From: Eledone cirrhosa
Taxonomy: Eukaryota
Direction of reading: 5' to 3'
Assembly (NCBI GenBank): GCA_964016885.1
Contig: OZ024744.1
Location: 34,534,001-34,598,000 of the forward strand
Length of the DNA: 64,000 bases
The translations under genes and the position numbers were made by a program. This document shows, one piece after another, positions 11,641 to 25,300 of this stretch. The notes under the pieces were generated by a model. The model was not told the DNA's origin. It saw only the letters and a list, made by a program, of their open reading frames with translations, and ran no database searches. Numbering within the stretch: the stretch's first letter is position 1; every line of letters begins with the position of its first letter.

Positions 11641-14600
11641 CGTTGTAGTGGTGATGATGTCGTTGGTTGTTGGTGGTGTTGATGGTGGAGGTAGTGGTGT
11701 TGGTGGTTGTTGTAGTGGTGATGATGTCGTTGGTTGTTGTTGTTCTTGTTGATGGTGGTTGTAGTGTTGGTGGTTGTTGTTGTAGTGGTGATGATGTCGT
11801 TGGTTGTTGTTGTTGGTGGTAGTGTTGGTGGTTGTTGTAGTGGTGATGATGTCGTTGGTTGTTGTTGTTGTTGGTGTTGGTGGTGGTGGTAGTGTTGGTG
11901 GTTGTTGTAGTGGTGATGCTGTCGTTGGTTGTTGTTGGTGTTGTTGGTGTTGATGGTGGTGGTAGTGTTGGTGGTTGTTGTAGTGGTGATGATGTCGTTG
12001 GTTGTTGTTGGTGTTGATGGTGGTGGTAGTGTTGGTGATTGTCGTAGAGGTGATGATGTCGTTGTTTGTTGTTGGTGTTGATGGTGGTGGTAGTGTTGGT
12101 GGTTGTTGTAGTGGTGATGATGTCGTTGGTTGTTGTTGGTGTTGATGGTGGTGGTAGTGTTGGTGGTTGTTGTAGTGGTGATGATGTCGTTGGTTGTTGT
12201 TGGTGTTGATGGTGGTGGTAGTGTTGGTGGTTGTTGTAGTGTTGATGATGTCGTTGGTTGTTGTTGTTGTTGATGGTGGTGGTGGTGTTGGTGGTTGTTG
12301 TAGTGGTGATGATGTCGTTGGTTGTTGTTTGTGTTGGTGTTGATGGTGGTGGTAGTGTTGGTGTTGGTGGTTGTTGTAGTGGTGATGATGTCGTTGGTTG
12401 TTGTTGGTGTTGGTTGTGGAGGTAGTGTTGGTGGTTGTTGTAGTGCTGATGATGTCGTTGGTTGTTGTTGGTGTTGATGGTGGAGGTAGTGTTGGTGGTG
12501 GTGGCAGTGTTGGTGGTTGTTGTAGTGTTGGTGGTTGTTGTAGTAGTGATGATGTCGTTGCTTGTTGTTGGTGTTGATAGTGGTGGTAGTGTTGGTGGTT
12601 GTTGTAGTGCTGATGATGTCGTTGCTTGTTGTTGGTGTTGATAGTGGTGGTAGTGTTGGTGGTTGTTGTAGTGCTGATGATGTCGTTGGGTGTTGTTGGT
12701 GTTGATGGAGGTGGTAGTATTGGTGGTTGTTGTAGTGCTGATGATGTCGTTGGTTGTTGTTGTTGATGTTGGTGGTAGTGTTGTGGTTGTTGTAGTGTTG
12801 GTGGTTGTTGTAGTGGTGATGATGTCGTTGGTTGTTGTTGGTGTTGATTGTGGTGGTAGTGTTGGTGGTTTTTGTAATGGTGATAATGTTGTTGGTTGTT
12901 GTTGGTGTGGATGGTGGTGGTAGTATTGGTGGTTGTTGTAGGGCTGATGATGTCGTTGGTTGTTGTTGGTGGTGGTGGTAGTGTTGGTGGTTGTTGTAGT
13001 GGTGCTGATGTCGTTGGTTGTTGTTGGTGTTGATGGTGGTGGTAGTGTTGGTGTTGGTGGTTGTTGTAGTGGTGATGATGTCGTTGGTAGTTGTTTCTGT
13101 TGGTGGTGGTGGTAGTGTTGGTGGTTGTTGTAGTGCTGATGATGTCGTTGGTTGTTGTTGGTGTTGATGGTGGTGGTAGTGTTGGTGGTTGTTGTAGTGG
13201 TGATGATGTCGTTGGTTGTTGTTGGTGTTGGTGGTGGTGGTGTTGGTGGTTGTTGTAGTGGTGATGATGTCGTTGGTTGGTGTTGTTGTTGTTGGTGGTG
13301 GTGGTGGTGTTGGTGGTTGTTGTAGTGGTGGTGATGATGTCGTTGGTTGGTGTTGTTGGTGTTGATGGTGGTGGTGGTGTTGGTGGTTGGTGTAGTGGTG
13401 ATGATGTCGTTGGTTGGTGTTGTTGGTGTTGATGGTGGTGGAGGTGTTAGTGGTTGTTGTAGTAGTGGTGATGATGTCGTTGGTTGTTGTTGTTGTTGGT
13501 GTTGGTGGTGGTGTTGGTAGTTGTTGTAGTGGTGATGATGTCGTTGGTTGTTGTTGGTGGTATTGATGGTGGTGGTGGTGTTGGTGGTTGGTGTAGTGGT
13601 GATGATGTCGTTGGTTGTTGTTGTTGTTGGTGGTGGTGGTGGTGATGGTGGTTGTTGTAGTGGTGATGATGTCGTTGGTTGTTGTTGGTGGTGGTGGTAG
13701 TGTTGGTGGTTGTTGTAGTGGTGATGATGTCGTTGGTTGTTGTTGTTGGTGGTGGTGTTGCTGGTTGATGTAGTGGTGATGATGTCGTTGGTTGTTGTTG
13801 GTGGTGATGGTGGTGGTAGTGTTCGTGATTGTTGTAGTGGTGATGTTGTCGTTGGTTTTTTTGGTGTTGATGGTGGTGGTGTTGGTTGTTGTTGTAGTGG
13901 TGATGATGTCGTTGGTTGTTGTTGGTGTTGATGGTGGTTGTAGTATTGGTTGTTGTTGTAGCGGTGATGATGTCGTTGATTGTTGTTGTTGTTGGTGCTG
14001 GTGGTAGTGATGGTGGTTGTTGTAGTGGTGATGATGTCATTGGTTGTTTTTGGTTTTGATGGTGGTAGTGATGGTGGTTGTTGTAGTGGTGATGATGTTG
14101 TTGGTTGTTGTTGGTGTTGATGGTGGTGGTGTTGTTGGTTGTTGTAGTGGTGATGATGTCATTGCTTGTTGTTGATGGTGGTGGTGGTGGTAGTGTTGGT
14201 GGTTGTTGTAGTGGTGATGATGTCGTTGCTTGTTGTTGGTGGTGTTGATGGTGGTGGTGGTGTTGGTGGCTGTTGTAGTGCTGATGATGTCGTTGGTTGT
14301 TGTTGGTGTTGATGGTGGTGGTGTTGGTGGTTGTTGTAGTGGTGATGATGTCGTTGGTTGTTGTTGGTGGTGTTTATGGTGGTGGTAGTGTTGGTTGTTG
14401 TTGTAGTGGTGATGATGTCGTTGGTTGTTGTTGTTGGTGGTAGTGTTGGTGGTTGTTGTAGTGGTGATGATGTCGTTGGTTGTTGTTGTTGTTGGTGTTG
14501 GTGGTGGTGGTAGTGTTGGTGGTTGTTGTAGTGGTGATGCTGTCGTTGGTTGTTGTTGGTGTTGTTGGTGTTGATGGTGGTGGTAGTGTTGGTGGTTGTT

Positions 14601-15645
14601 GTAGTGGTGATGATGTCGTTGGTTGTTGCTGGTGTTGATGGTGGTGGTGTTGGTGGTTGTTGTAGTGGTGATGATGTCGTTGGTTGTTGTTGGTGGTGTT
14701 GATGGTGGTTGTAGTATTGGTTGTTGTTGTAGTGGTGATGATGTCGTTGGTTGTTGTTGGTGGTGTTGATGGTGGTTGTAGTATTGGTTGTTGTTGTAGT
14801 GGTGATGATGTCGTTGGTTGTTGTTGGTGGTGTTGATGGTGGTAGTGTTGGTGGTTGTTGTAGTGGTGATGATGTCGTTGGTTGTTGTTGTAGTGGTGAT
14901 GATGTCTTTGGTTGTTGTTGGTGGTGTTCATGGTGATAGTGTTGGTGGTTGTTGTAGTGGTGATGATGTCGTTGGTTGTTGTTGTTGGTGGTAGTGTTGG
15001 TGGTTGTTGTAGTGGTGATGATGTCGTTGGTTGTTGTTGGTGGTGTTGATGGTGGTGGTGGTGTTGTTGATTGTTGTAGTGGTGATGATGTCGTTGGTTG
15101 TTGTTGTTGGTGTTGATGGTGGTGGTGGTGTTGGTGGTTGTTGTAGCGGTGATGATGTCGTTGGTTGTTGTTGGTGGTGTTGATGGTGGTGGTAGTGTTG
15201 GTTGTTGTTGTAGTGGTGATGATATCGTTGTTTGATGTTGGTGTTGATGGTGGTGATGTTGGTGGTAGTGGTAGTGTTGGTGGTTGTGGTAGTGGTGATG
15301 AACTCGTTGTTTGTTGGTCGTGTTGATGGTTGTTGTTGTGTTGGTGGTTGTTGTAGTGGTGATGATGTCGCTGATTGTTGTTGTTGCTGTTGATGGTGGT
15401 GGTGGTGTTGATGGTTGTTGTAGTGTTGGTGGTTGTTGTAGTGGTGATGATGTCGTTGGTTTTTGTTGCTGTTGATGGTGGTGGTAGTGTTGTTCTTGGT
15501 GGTGGTGATGATGTCGTTCTTCGCTGCTGCGGTGGTGCTTGTGGTGATTGTGGTGATGCTGTTTGTTGTTGTGGTAGTGGTATTGATAGCAGTGTTAGTG
15601 ATAGTGTTGTTCGTTGTTGTTGTTATGGTGTTGATTGGTGTTGAG
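9668..15645. repeat. G/T-rich minisatellite, modal unit 64 bp built from GGT/GTT triplets
   Basis: The core GTAGTGGTGATGATGTCGTTGGTTGTTG recurs throughout, with a period of 64 at 12108/12172. Unit length varies by triplet slippage and both ends are degenerate. Confidence 0.95.
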
Positions 15646-15739
15646 GGTGATGTGGCGGATTTCAACGATCGATCTCTTCCTGCCAATAAACAATATTCCA
15701 TCATTTGAAAATTAATAACAACAGTAACAACTGTGAGTG

Positions 15740-16068
15740 ACACAATCACACACAGACATGTACTCACACTCACATAGTTAGACCTACACACCCCTACACA
15801 TACCTACACGCACACACACACACACACGCGCGCGCAGACACATACACACACAAACGCGCACACACAAACACAAATGCTCACGCACAGACACAAACACACA
15901 CTCGCGCACACATATCACCATATATATATATACGCACGCGCGCATACACACCGCCGAACACATTCACACACACAATCACACCACCACAACAATAACCACA
16001 AGCAACATCATCCACAACACTACCGTAACTACCAACACCTATACCACTTCACCAACATCAGCAACACC

Positions 16069-16106
<38 letters not shown>

Positions 16107-16210
16107 ACACAATACACACACATGCACACATGCACACGTACATACACATGCACATGCGTACATACCCCTCCGCGCATACATAATCCCCCTCCCCCATACC
16201 TACACACCTA
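15740..16210. repeat. Degenerate (CA)n-rich low-complexity tract
   Basis: CA runs with a short CAC/CAA-triplet patch. Confidence 0.8.
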
Positions 16211-16397
16211 ATTTATGTTACCGTTTCTGCTAAATTCCCCGATTCCTTTGCTGATCAGCTGACCAAAATATATTGATAACGACGTCAAACTACGTCGCAT
16301 CTAAAAATAGAACGCCGATTCTTATGTGCTAGTGTACATATAATTCCAGTCTCCCTGTGTAGCTACGTTTCTCTGTGCATTCATGGCGTCCCTGAGT

Positions 16398-19300
16398 AGC
16401 TGTACATTCGTTGTGTTACTTATTAGCTGTACATTCGTTGTGTAACAGAGTAGCTGTACTTTCGTTGTGTTACTTATTAGCTGTACATTCGTTGTGTAAC
16501 AGAGTAGCTGTACTTTCGTTGTGTTACAGAGTAGCTGTACTTTCGTTTTGTTACTGAGTAGCTGTACATTCGTTGTGTTACTTATTGGCTGTACATTCGT
16601 TGTGTTACTGAGTAGCTGTACTTTCGTTGTGTTACAGAGTAGCTGTACTTTCGTTTTGTTACTGAGTAGCTGTACATTCGTTGTGTTACTGAGTAGCTGT
16701 ACTTTCGTTGTGTTACTTATTAGCTGTACATTCGTTGTGTTACTGAGTAGCTGTACTTTCGTTGTGTTACAGAGTAGCTGTACTTTCGTTTTGTTACTGA
16801 GTAGCTGTACATTCGTTGTGTTACTTATTAGCTGTACATTCGTTGTGTTACTGAGTAGCTGTACTTTCGTTGTGTTACAGAGTAGCTGTACTTTCGTTTT
16901 GTTACTGAGTAGCTGTACATTCGTTGTGTTACTGAGTAGCTGTACATTCGTTGTGTTACTTATTAGCTGTACATTCGTTGTGTTACTGAGTAGCTGTACT
17001 TTCGTTGTGTTACAGAGTAGCTGTACTTTCGTTTTGTTACTGAGTAGCTGTACATTCGTTGTGTTACTTATTAGCTGTACATTCGTTGTGTTACTGAGTA
17101 GCTGTACATTCGTTGTGTAACAGAGTAGCTGTACTTTCGTTGTGTTACAGAGTAGCTGTACTTTCGTTTTGTTACTGAGTAGCTGTACATTCGTTGTGTT
17201 ACTGAGTAGCTGTACATTCGTTGTGTTACTGAGTAGCTGTACTTTCATTGTGTTACTGAGTAGCTGTACTTTCGTTGTATTACTGAGTAGCTGTACTTTC
17301 GTTGTATTACTGAGTAGCTGTACTTTCATTGTGTTACTGAGTAGCTGTACATTCGTTGTGTTACTGAGTAGCTGTACATTCGTTGTGTTACTGAGTAGCT
17401 GTACATTCGTTGTGTTACTGAGTAGCTGTACTTTCGTTGTGTTACTGAGTAGCTGTACTTTCGTTGTGTTACTTAGTAGCTGTACTTTTGCTGTGTTACT
17501 GAGTAGCTGTACATTCGTTGTGTTACTTATTAGCTGTACATTCGTTGTGTTACTTATTAGCTGTACATTCGTTGTGTTACTGAGTAGCTGTACATTCGTT
17601 GTGTTACTCAGTAGCTGTACTTTCGTTGTGTTACTTAGTAGCTGTACATTCGTTGTGTTAATTAGTAGCTGTACATTCGTTATGTTACTTATTAGCTGTA
17701 CATTCGTTGTGTTACTGAGTAGCTGTACTTTCGTTGTGTTACTTAGTAGCTGTACTTTCGTTGTGTTACTAAGTAGCTGTACTTTCGTTGTGTTACTAAG
17801 TAGCTGTACTTTAGGTGTGTTACTGAGTAGCTGTACATTCGTTGTGTTACGAAGTAGCTGTACTTTCGTTGTGTTACTGAGTAGCTGTACATTAGTTGTG
17901 TTACTGAGTAGCTGTACATTCGTTGTGTTACAGAGTAGCTGTACATTCGTTGTGTTATTTAGAAGCTATACGTTCGTTGTGTTACTGAGTAGCTGTACTT
18001 TCGTTGTATTACTGAGTAGCTGTACTTTCGTTGTGTTACTTAGTAGCTGTACATTCGTTGTGTTTCTTATTAGCTGTACTTTCGTTGTGTTACTGAGTAG
18101 CTGTACTTTCGTTGTGTTACTTAGTAGCTGTACATTCGTTGTGTTTCTTATTAGCTGTACTTTCGTTGTGTTACTGTGTAGCTGTACTTTCGTTGTGTTA
18201 CTTATTAGCTGTACATTCGTTGTGTTACTTAGTAGCTGTACTTTCGTTGTATTACTGAGTAGCTGTACATTCGTTGTGTTACTCAGTAGCTGTACTTTCG
18301 TTATGTTACTTAGGAGCTGTACGTTCGTTGTGTTAATGAGTAGCTGTACTTTTGTTGTGTTACTGAGTAGCTGTACATTCGTTGTGTTACTGAGTAGCTG
18401 TACTTTCGTTGTGTTACTTAGTAGCTGTACATTCGTTGTGTTACTGAGTAGCTGTACTTTCGTTGTGTTACTTAGTAGCTGTACTTTCGTTGTGTTACTG
18501 AATAGCTGTACTTTCGTTGTTACTTAGTAGCTGTACTTTCGTTGTATTACTGAGTAGCTATACTTTCGTTGTGTTACTTAGAAGCTGTACTTTCGTTGTG
18601 TTACTGAGTAGCTGTACTTTCGTTGTGTTACTTATTAGATGTAAATTCGTTGTATTACTGAGTAGCTGTACATTCGTTGTGTTACTGAGTAGCTGTACAT
18701 TCGTTGTGTTACTTAGTAGCTGTACTTTCGTTGTGTTACTTAGTAGCTGTACATTCGTTGTGTTACTAAGTAGCTGTACTTTCGTTGTATTACTTAGTTG
18801 CTGTACATTCGGTGTGTTACTTAGTAGCTGTACTTTCGCTGTGTTGCTGACTAGGTGTACTTTCGGAGTGTTAATGAGTAACTGTACTGTCGTTGTGTTA
18901 CTGAGTAGCTGTACGTTCTTTGTGTTACTTAGAAGCTGTACGTTCTTTATGTTACTGAGTAGCTGTACATTCGTTGTGTTACTGAGTAGCTGTACATTCG
19001 TTGTGTTATTTAGAAGCTATACGTTCGTTGTGTTACTGAATAGATATACTTTCGTTGTGTTACTGAGTAGCTGTACTTTCGTTGTATTACTGAGTAGCTG
19101 AACTTTCGTTGTGTTACTGAATAGATATACTTTCGTTGTATTACTGTGTAGCTGTACTTTCGCTGTGTTACTTAGTAGCTGAACATTCGTTGTGTTTCTT
19201 ATTACCTGTACTTTCGTTGTGTTACTGAGTAGCTGTACTTTCGTTGTATTACTGAGTAGATGTATTTCGTTGTGTTACTGAGTAGCTGTACTTTCGTTGT

Positions 19301-22300
19301 GTTACTGAGTAACTGTACCTTCGTTGTGTTACTTATTAGCTGTACATTCGTTGTATTACTGAGTAGCAGTACTTTCGTTGTGTTACTTAGTAGCTGTACA
19401 TTCGTTGTGTTACTTATTAGCTTTACTTTCGTTGTGTTACTGTGTAGCTGTACTTTCGTTGTGTTACTTAGTAGCTGTACATTCGTTGTGTTACTGAGTA
19501 GCTGTACTTTCGTTGTGTTACTGAGTAGCTGTACTTTCGTTGTGTTATTGAGTAGTTGTACTTTTGTTGAGTTAGTGAGTAGCTGTACTTTCGTTATGTT
19601 ACTTAGGAGCTGTACATTCATTGTGTTACAGAGTAGCTGTACTTTTGTTGCGTTACTGAGTAGCTGTACTTTCGTTGTGTTACTGATTAGCTGTACTTTC
19701 GTTGTGTTACTGAGTAGCTGTACTTTCGTTGTGTTACTTAGTAGCTGTACTTTTGCTGTGTTACTGAGTAGCTGTACATTCGTTGTGTTACTGATTAGCT
19801 GTACATTCGTTGTGTTACTGAGTAACTGTACTTTCGTTGTGTTACTGAGTAGCTGTACTTTCGTTGTATTACTGAGTAGCTGTACTTTCGTTGCGTTACT
19901 GACTAGCTGTACATTCGTTGTGTTACTAAGTAGCTGTACGTTCGTTGTGTTACTTAGCAGCTATACGTTCGTTGTGTTACTGAGTAGCTGTACATTCGTT
20001 GTGTTACTTAGTAGCTGTACATTCGTTGTGTTATTTAGAAGCTATACGTTCGTAGTGTTACTGAATAGATATACTTTCGTTGTGTTACTGAGTAGCTGTA
20101 CTTTCGTTGTAATACTGAGTAGCTGTACTTTCGTTGTGTTACTGAATAGCTGTACTTTCGTTGTATTACTGAGTAGATGTATTTCGTTGTGTTACTGAGT
20201 AGCTGTACTTTCGTTGTGTTACTGAGTAACTGTACTTTCGTTGTGTTACTTATTAGCTGTACATTCGTTGTATTACTGAGTAGCTGTACTTTCATTGTGT
20301 TACTTAGTAGCTGTACTTTCGTTGTGTTACTGAGTAGCTGTACTTTCGTTGTGTTACTGAGTAGCTGTACATTCATTGTGTTACTGAGTAGCTGTACTTT
20401 CGTTGTGTTACTTATTAACAGTACATTCGTTGTGTTACTGAGTAGCTGTACATTCGTTGTGTTACTGAACAGCTGTACTTTCGTTGTTCCTTAGTAGCTG
20501 TACTTTCGTTGTGTTACTGAGTAGTTGTACTCTCGTTGTATTACTGAGTCGCTATACTTTCGTTGTGTTACTTAGAAGCTGTACTTTCGATGTATTACTC
20601 TGAGTAGCTGTACTTTCGTTGTGTTACTGAGTAGCTGTACATTCGTTGTGTTACTTATTAGCTGTAAATTCGTTGTATTACTGAGTAGCGGTACCTTCGT
20701 TGTGTTACTGAGTAACTGTACCTTCGTTGTGTCACTGAGTAGCTGTACCTTCGTTGTGTTACTGAGTAGCTGTACATTCGTTGTGTTACTTAGTATCTAT
20801 ACTTTCGTCGTGTTACTTAGTAGCTGTAAATTCGTTGTGTTACTGAGTAGCTGTACATTCGTTGTATTACTGAGTAGCTGTATATTCGGTGTGTTACTTA
20901 TTAGCTGTACTTTCGCTGTGTTACAGAATAGCTGTAATTTCATTGTGTTACTGAGTAGCTGTAATTTCGTTGTGTTATTCAGTAGCTGTACATTCGGTGT
21001 GTTAGTAGCTTTACTTTCGTTGTGTTACTGAGTAGCTGTACATTTGTTGTGTTACTGAGTCGCTGTAATTTCGTTGTGTTACTGAGTAGCTGTACATTCG
21101 TTGTGTTACTGAGAAACGGTACTTTCGTTGTGTTACTGAGTAACTGTAATTTCGTTGTATTACTGAGTAGCTGTACTTTCGTTGTATTACTGAGTAGTTG
21201 TACATTCGTTGTGTTTCTTATTAGCTGTACTTTTGTTGTGTTACTGAGTAGCTGTACTTTTGTTGTATTACTCAGTAGCTGTACTTTCGTTGTGTTACTT
21301 AGTAGCTGTACTTTTGTTGTATTACTGAGTAGATGTATTTCGTTGTGTTACTGAGTAGCTGTACTTTCGTTGTGTTACTGAGTAACTGTACTTTCGTTGT
21401 GTTACTTATTAGCTGTACGTTCGCTGTGTTACTGAGTAGCTGTACATTCGTTGTGTTACTTAGTAGCTGTACATTCGTTGTGTTACTTAGGAGCTGTACA
21501 TTCGTTGTGTTACAGAGTAGCTGTACTTTTGTTGCGTTACTGAGTAGATGTACTTTCATTGTTTTACTGAGTAGCTGTACTTTCGTTGCGTTACTGAGTA
21601 GCTGTACTTTCGTTGTGTTACTGAGTAATTGTACTTTCGTTGTGTTACTGAGTAGCTGTACATTCGTTGTATTACTGAGTAGTTGTACTTTAGTTGTGTT
21701 ACTTATTAGCTGTACATTCGTTGTGTTACTGAGTAGCTGTACATTCGTTGTGTTACTGAGTAGCTATACTTTGGTTGTGTTACTAAACAGCTGTACTTTC
21801 GTTATTACTTAGTAGCTGTACTTTCGTTGTGTTACTGAGTAGCTGTACTTTCGTTGTATTACTGAGTAGCTATACTTTGGTTGTGTTACTTATTAGCTGT
21901 ACTTTCGTTGTGTTACGGAGTAGCTGTACTTTCGTTGTATTACTGAGTACCTGTACATTCGTCGTGTAACTTATTAGCTGTACTTTCGTTGTGTTACAGA
22001 GTAGCTTTACTTTCGTTGTGTTACTTAGTAGCTGTACATTCGTTGTGTTACAGAGTAGCTGTACTTTCGTTGTATTACTGAGTAGCTGATATTCGGTGTG
22101 TTACATAGTAGCTGTACTTTCGCTGTGTTACTGAGTAGCTGTACTTTCGTTGTGTTACTCAATAGGTGTACTTTCGTTGTGTTACTGAGTAGCTGTACTT
22201 TCGTTGTGTTACTTAGTAGCTGTACATTCGGTGTATTACTGAGTAGCTGTACATTCGTTGTGCTACTGAGTAGCTGTACATTCGTTGTGTTACTTAGTAG

Positions 22301-25300
22301 CTGTAATTTCGTTGTTTTACTTAGTATCTGTACATTCGTTGTGTTACTAAGTAGCTGCACTTTCGTTGTATTACTGAGTAGCTGTACATTCGGTGTGTTA
22401 CTTAGTAGCTGTACTTTCGCTGTGTTACTGAGTAGGTGTACTTTCGGAGTGTTACTGAGTAGCTGTACTTTCGTTGTGTTAATGATTAACTGTACTTTCG
22501 TTGTGTTACTGAGTAGCTGTACTTTCGTTGCATTACTGAGTAGCTGTACATTCGTTGCGTTACTTACTAGCTGTACATTCGTTGTGTTACTGAGTAGCTG
22601 TACGTTCTTTGTGTTACTTAGAAACTGTACGTTCGTTGTGTTACTGAGTAGCTGTACATTCGTTGTGTTACTTAGTAGCTGTACATTCGTTGTGTTATTT
22701 AGAAGCTATACGTTCTTTGTGTTACTGAAGAGATATACTTTCGTTGTGTTACTGAGTAGCTGTACTTTCGTTGTATTACTGAGTAGCTGAACTTACGTTG
22801 TGTTAGTGAATAGCTGTACTTTCGCTGTGTTACTTAGTAGCTGTACATTCGTTGTGTTTCTTATTACCTGAACTTTCGTTGTGTTACTGAGTAGCTGTAC
22901 TTTCGTTGTATTACTGAGTAGATGTATTTCGTTGTGTTATTGAGTAGCTGTACTTTCGTTGTGTTACTGAGTAACTGTACTTTCGTTGTGTTACTTATTA
23001 GCTGTACATTCGTTGTATTACTGAGTAGCAGTACTTTCGTTGTGTTACTTAGTAGCTGTACATTCGTTGTGTTACTTATTAGCTTTACTTTCGTTGTGTT
23101 ACTGTGTAGCTGTACTTTCGTTGTGTTACTTAGTAGCTGTACATTCGTTGTGTTACTGAGTAGCTGTACTTTCGTTATGTTACTCAGGAGCTGTACATTG
23201 ATTGTGTTACAGAGTAGCTGTACTTTTGTTGCGTTACTGAGTAGCTGTACTTTCGTTGTGTTACTGATTAGCTGTACATTCGTTGTGTTACTGAGTAACT
23301 GTACTTTCGTTGTGTTACTGAGTAGCTGTACTTTCGTTGTATTACTGAGTAGCTGTACTTTCGTTGCGTTACTGACTAGCTGTACATTCGTTGTGTTCCT
23401 GAGTAGCTGTACGTTCGTTGTGTTACTTAGCAGCTATACGTTAGTTGTGTGACTGAGTAACTGTACATTCGTTGTGTTACTTAGTAGCTGTACTTTCGTT
23501 GTGTTATTTAGAAGCTATACGTTCGTTGTGTTACTGAATAGATATACTTTCGTTGTGTTACTGAGTAGCTGTACTTTCGTTGTATTACTGAGTAGCTGTA
23601 CTTTCGTTGTGTTACTGAATAGCTGTACTTTCGTTGTGTTACTTAGTAGCTGTACATTCGTTGTGTTACTTAGTAGCTGTACTTTCGTTGTGTTACTGAG
23701 CAGCTGTACTTTCGTTGTATTACTGAGTAGATGAATTTCGTTGTGTTACTGAGTAGCTGTACTTTCGTTGTGTTACTGAGTAACTGTACTTTCGTTGTGT
23801 TACTTATTAGCAGTACATTCGTTGTATTACTGAGTAGCTGTACTTTCGTTGTGTTACTTAGTAGCTGTACTTTCGTTGTGTTACTTAGTAGCTGTAGATT
23901 CGTTGTGTTACTGAGTAGCTGTACTTTCGTTGTGTTACTGAGTAGCTGTACAGTCGTTGTGTTACTGAGTAGCTGTACTTTCGTTGTGTTACTTATTAAC
24001 AGTACATTCGTTGTGTTACTGAGTAGTTGTACATTCGTTGTGTTACTGAACAGCTGTACTTTCGTTGTTACTTAGTAGCTGTACTTTCGTTATATTACTG
24101 AGTAGCTGTACTTTCGTTGTGTTACTTATTAGCTGTAAATTCGTTGTATTACTGAGTAGCGGTACCTTCGTTGTGTTACTGAGTAGCTGTACATTCGTTG
24201 TGTTACTGAGTAGCTGTACCTTCGTTGTGTTACTGAGTAGCTGTAACTTCGTTGTGTTACTGAGTAGCTGTCCCTTCGTTGTGTTACTGAGTAGCTGTAC
24301 ATTCGTTGTGTTACTTAGTATCTATACTTTCGTTGTGTTACTTAGTAGCTGTAAATTCGTTGTGTTACTGAGTAGCTGTACTTTCGTTGTATTACTGAGT
24401 AGCTGTATATTCGGTGTGTTACTTATTAGCTGTACTTTCGCTGTGTTACAGAGTAGCTGTAATTTCATTGTGTTACTGAGTAGCTGTACATTCGGTGTGT
24501 TAGTAGCTTTACTTTCGTTATGTTACTGAGTAGCTGTACATTTGTTGTGTTACTGAGTCGCTGTACTTTCGTTGTGTTACTGAGTAGCTGTACATTCGTT
24601 GTGTTACTGAGAAACGGTACTTTCGTTGTGTTAATGAGTAACTGTACTTTCGTTGTATTACTGAGTAGCTGTACATTCGTTGTGTTACTTAGTAGCTGTA
24701 CATTCGTTGTGTTTCTTATTTGCTGTACTTTTGTTGTGCTACTTAGTAGCTGTACTTTTGTTGTATTACTGAGTAGATGTATTTCGTTGTGTTACTGAGT
24801 ATCTGTACTTCCGTTGTGTTACTGAGTAACTGTACTTTCGTTGTGTTACTTATTAGCTGTAGTTTCGTTGTGTTACTGAGTAGCTGTACGTTCGTTGTGT
24901 TACTTAGAAGCTATACGTTCGCTGTGTTACTGAGTAGCTGTACATTCGATTTGTTACTTAGTAGCTGTACATTCGTTGTGTTACTTAGGAGCTGTACATT
25001 CGTTGTGTTACAGAGTAGCTGTACTTTTGTTGCGTTACTGAGTAGCTGTACTTTCGTTGTTTTACTGAGTAGCTGTACTTTCGTTGCGTTACTGAGTAGC
25101 TGTACTTTCGTTGTGTTACTGAGTAGTTGAACTTTCGTTGTGTTACTGAGTAGCTGTACATTCGTTGTGTTACTGAGTAGTTGTACTTTAGTTGTGTTAC
25201 TTATTAGCTGTACATTCGTTGTGTTACTGAGTAGCTGTACATTCGTTGTGTTACTGAACAGCTGTACTTTCGTTATTACTTAGGAGCTGTACTTTCGTTG

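Noticed and set aside
9669-15791. Mucin-like or His-rich ORFs (e.g. 9835..10980, 14928..15791)
   Set aside because: They are translations of a 3n+1 minisatellite on a strand that is almost devoid of stop codons. The peptide cycles through all three frames, and I saw no splice or domain evidence.
16280-16333. Helitron 3' end (hairpin CGACGT/ACGTCG, then CTAGT) beside the satellite
   Set aside because: The hairpin is ~31 nt from CTAG rather than the usual ~10, and no matching 5' end was identified.
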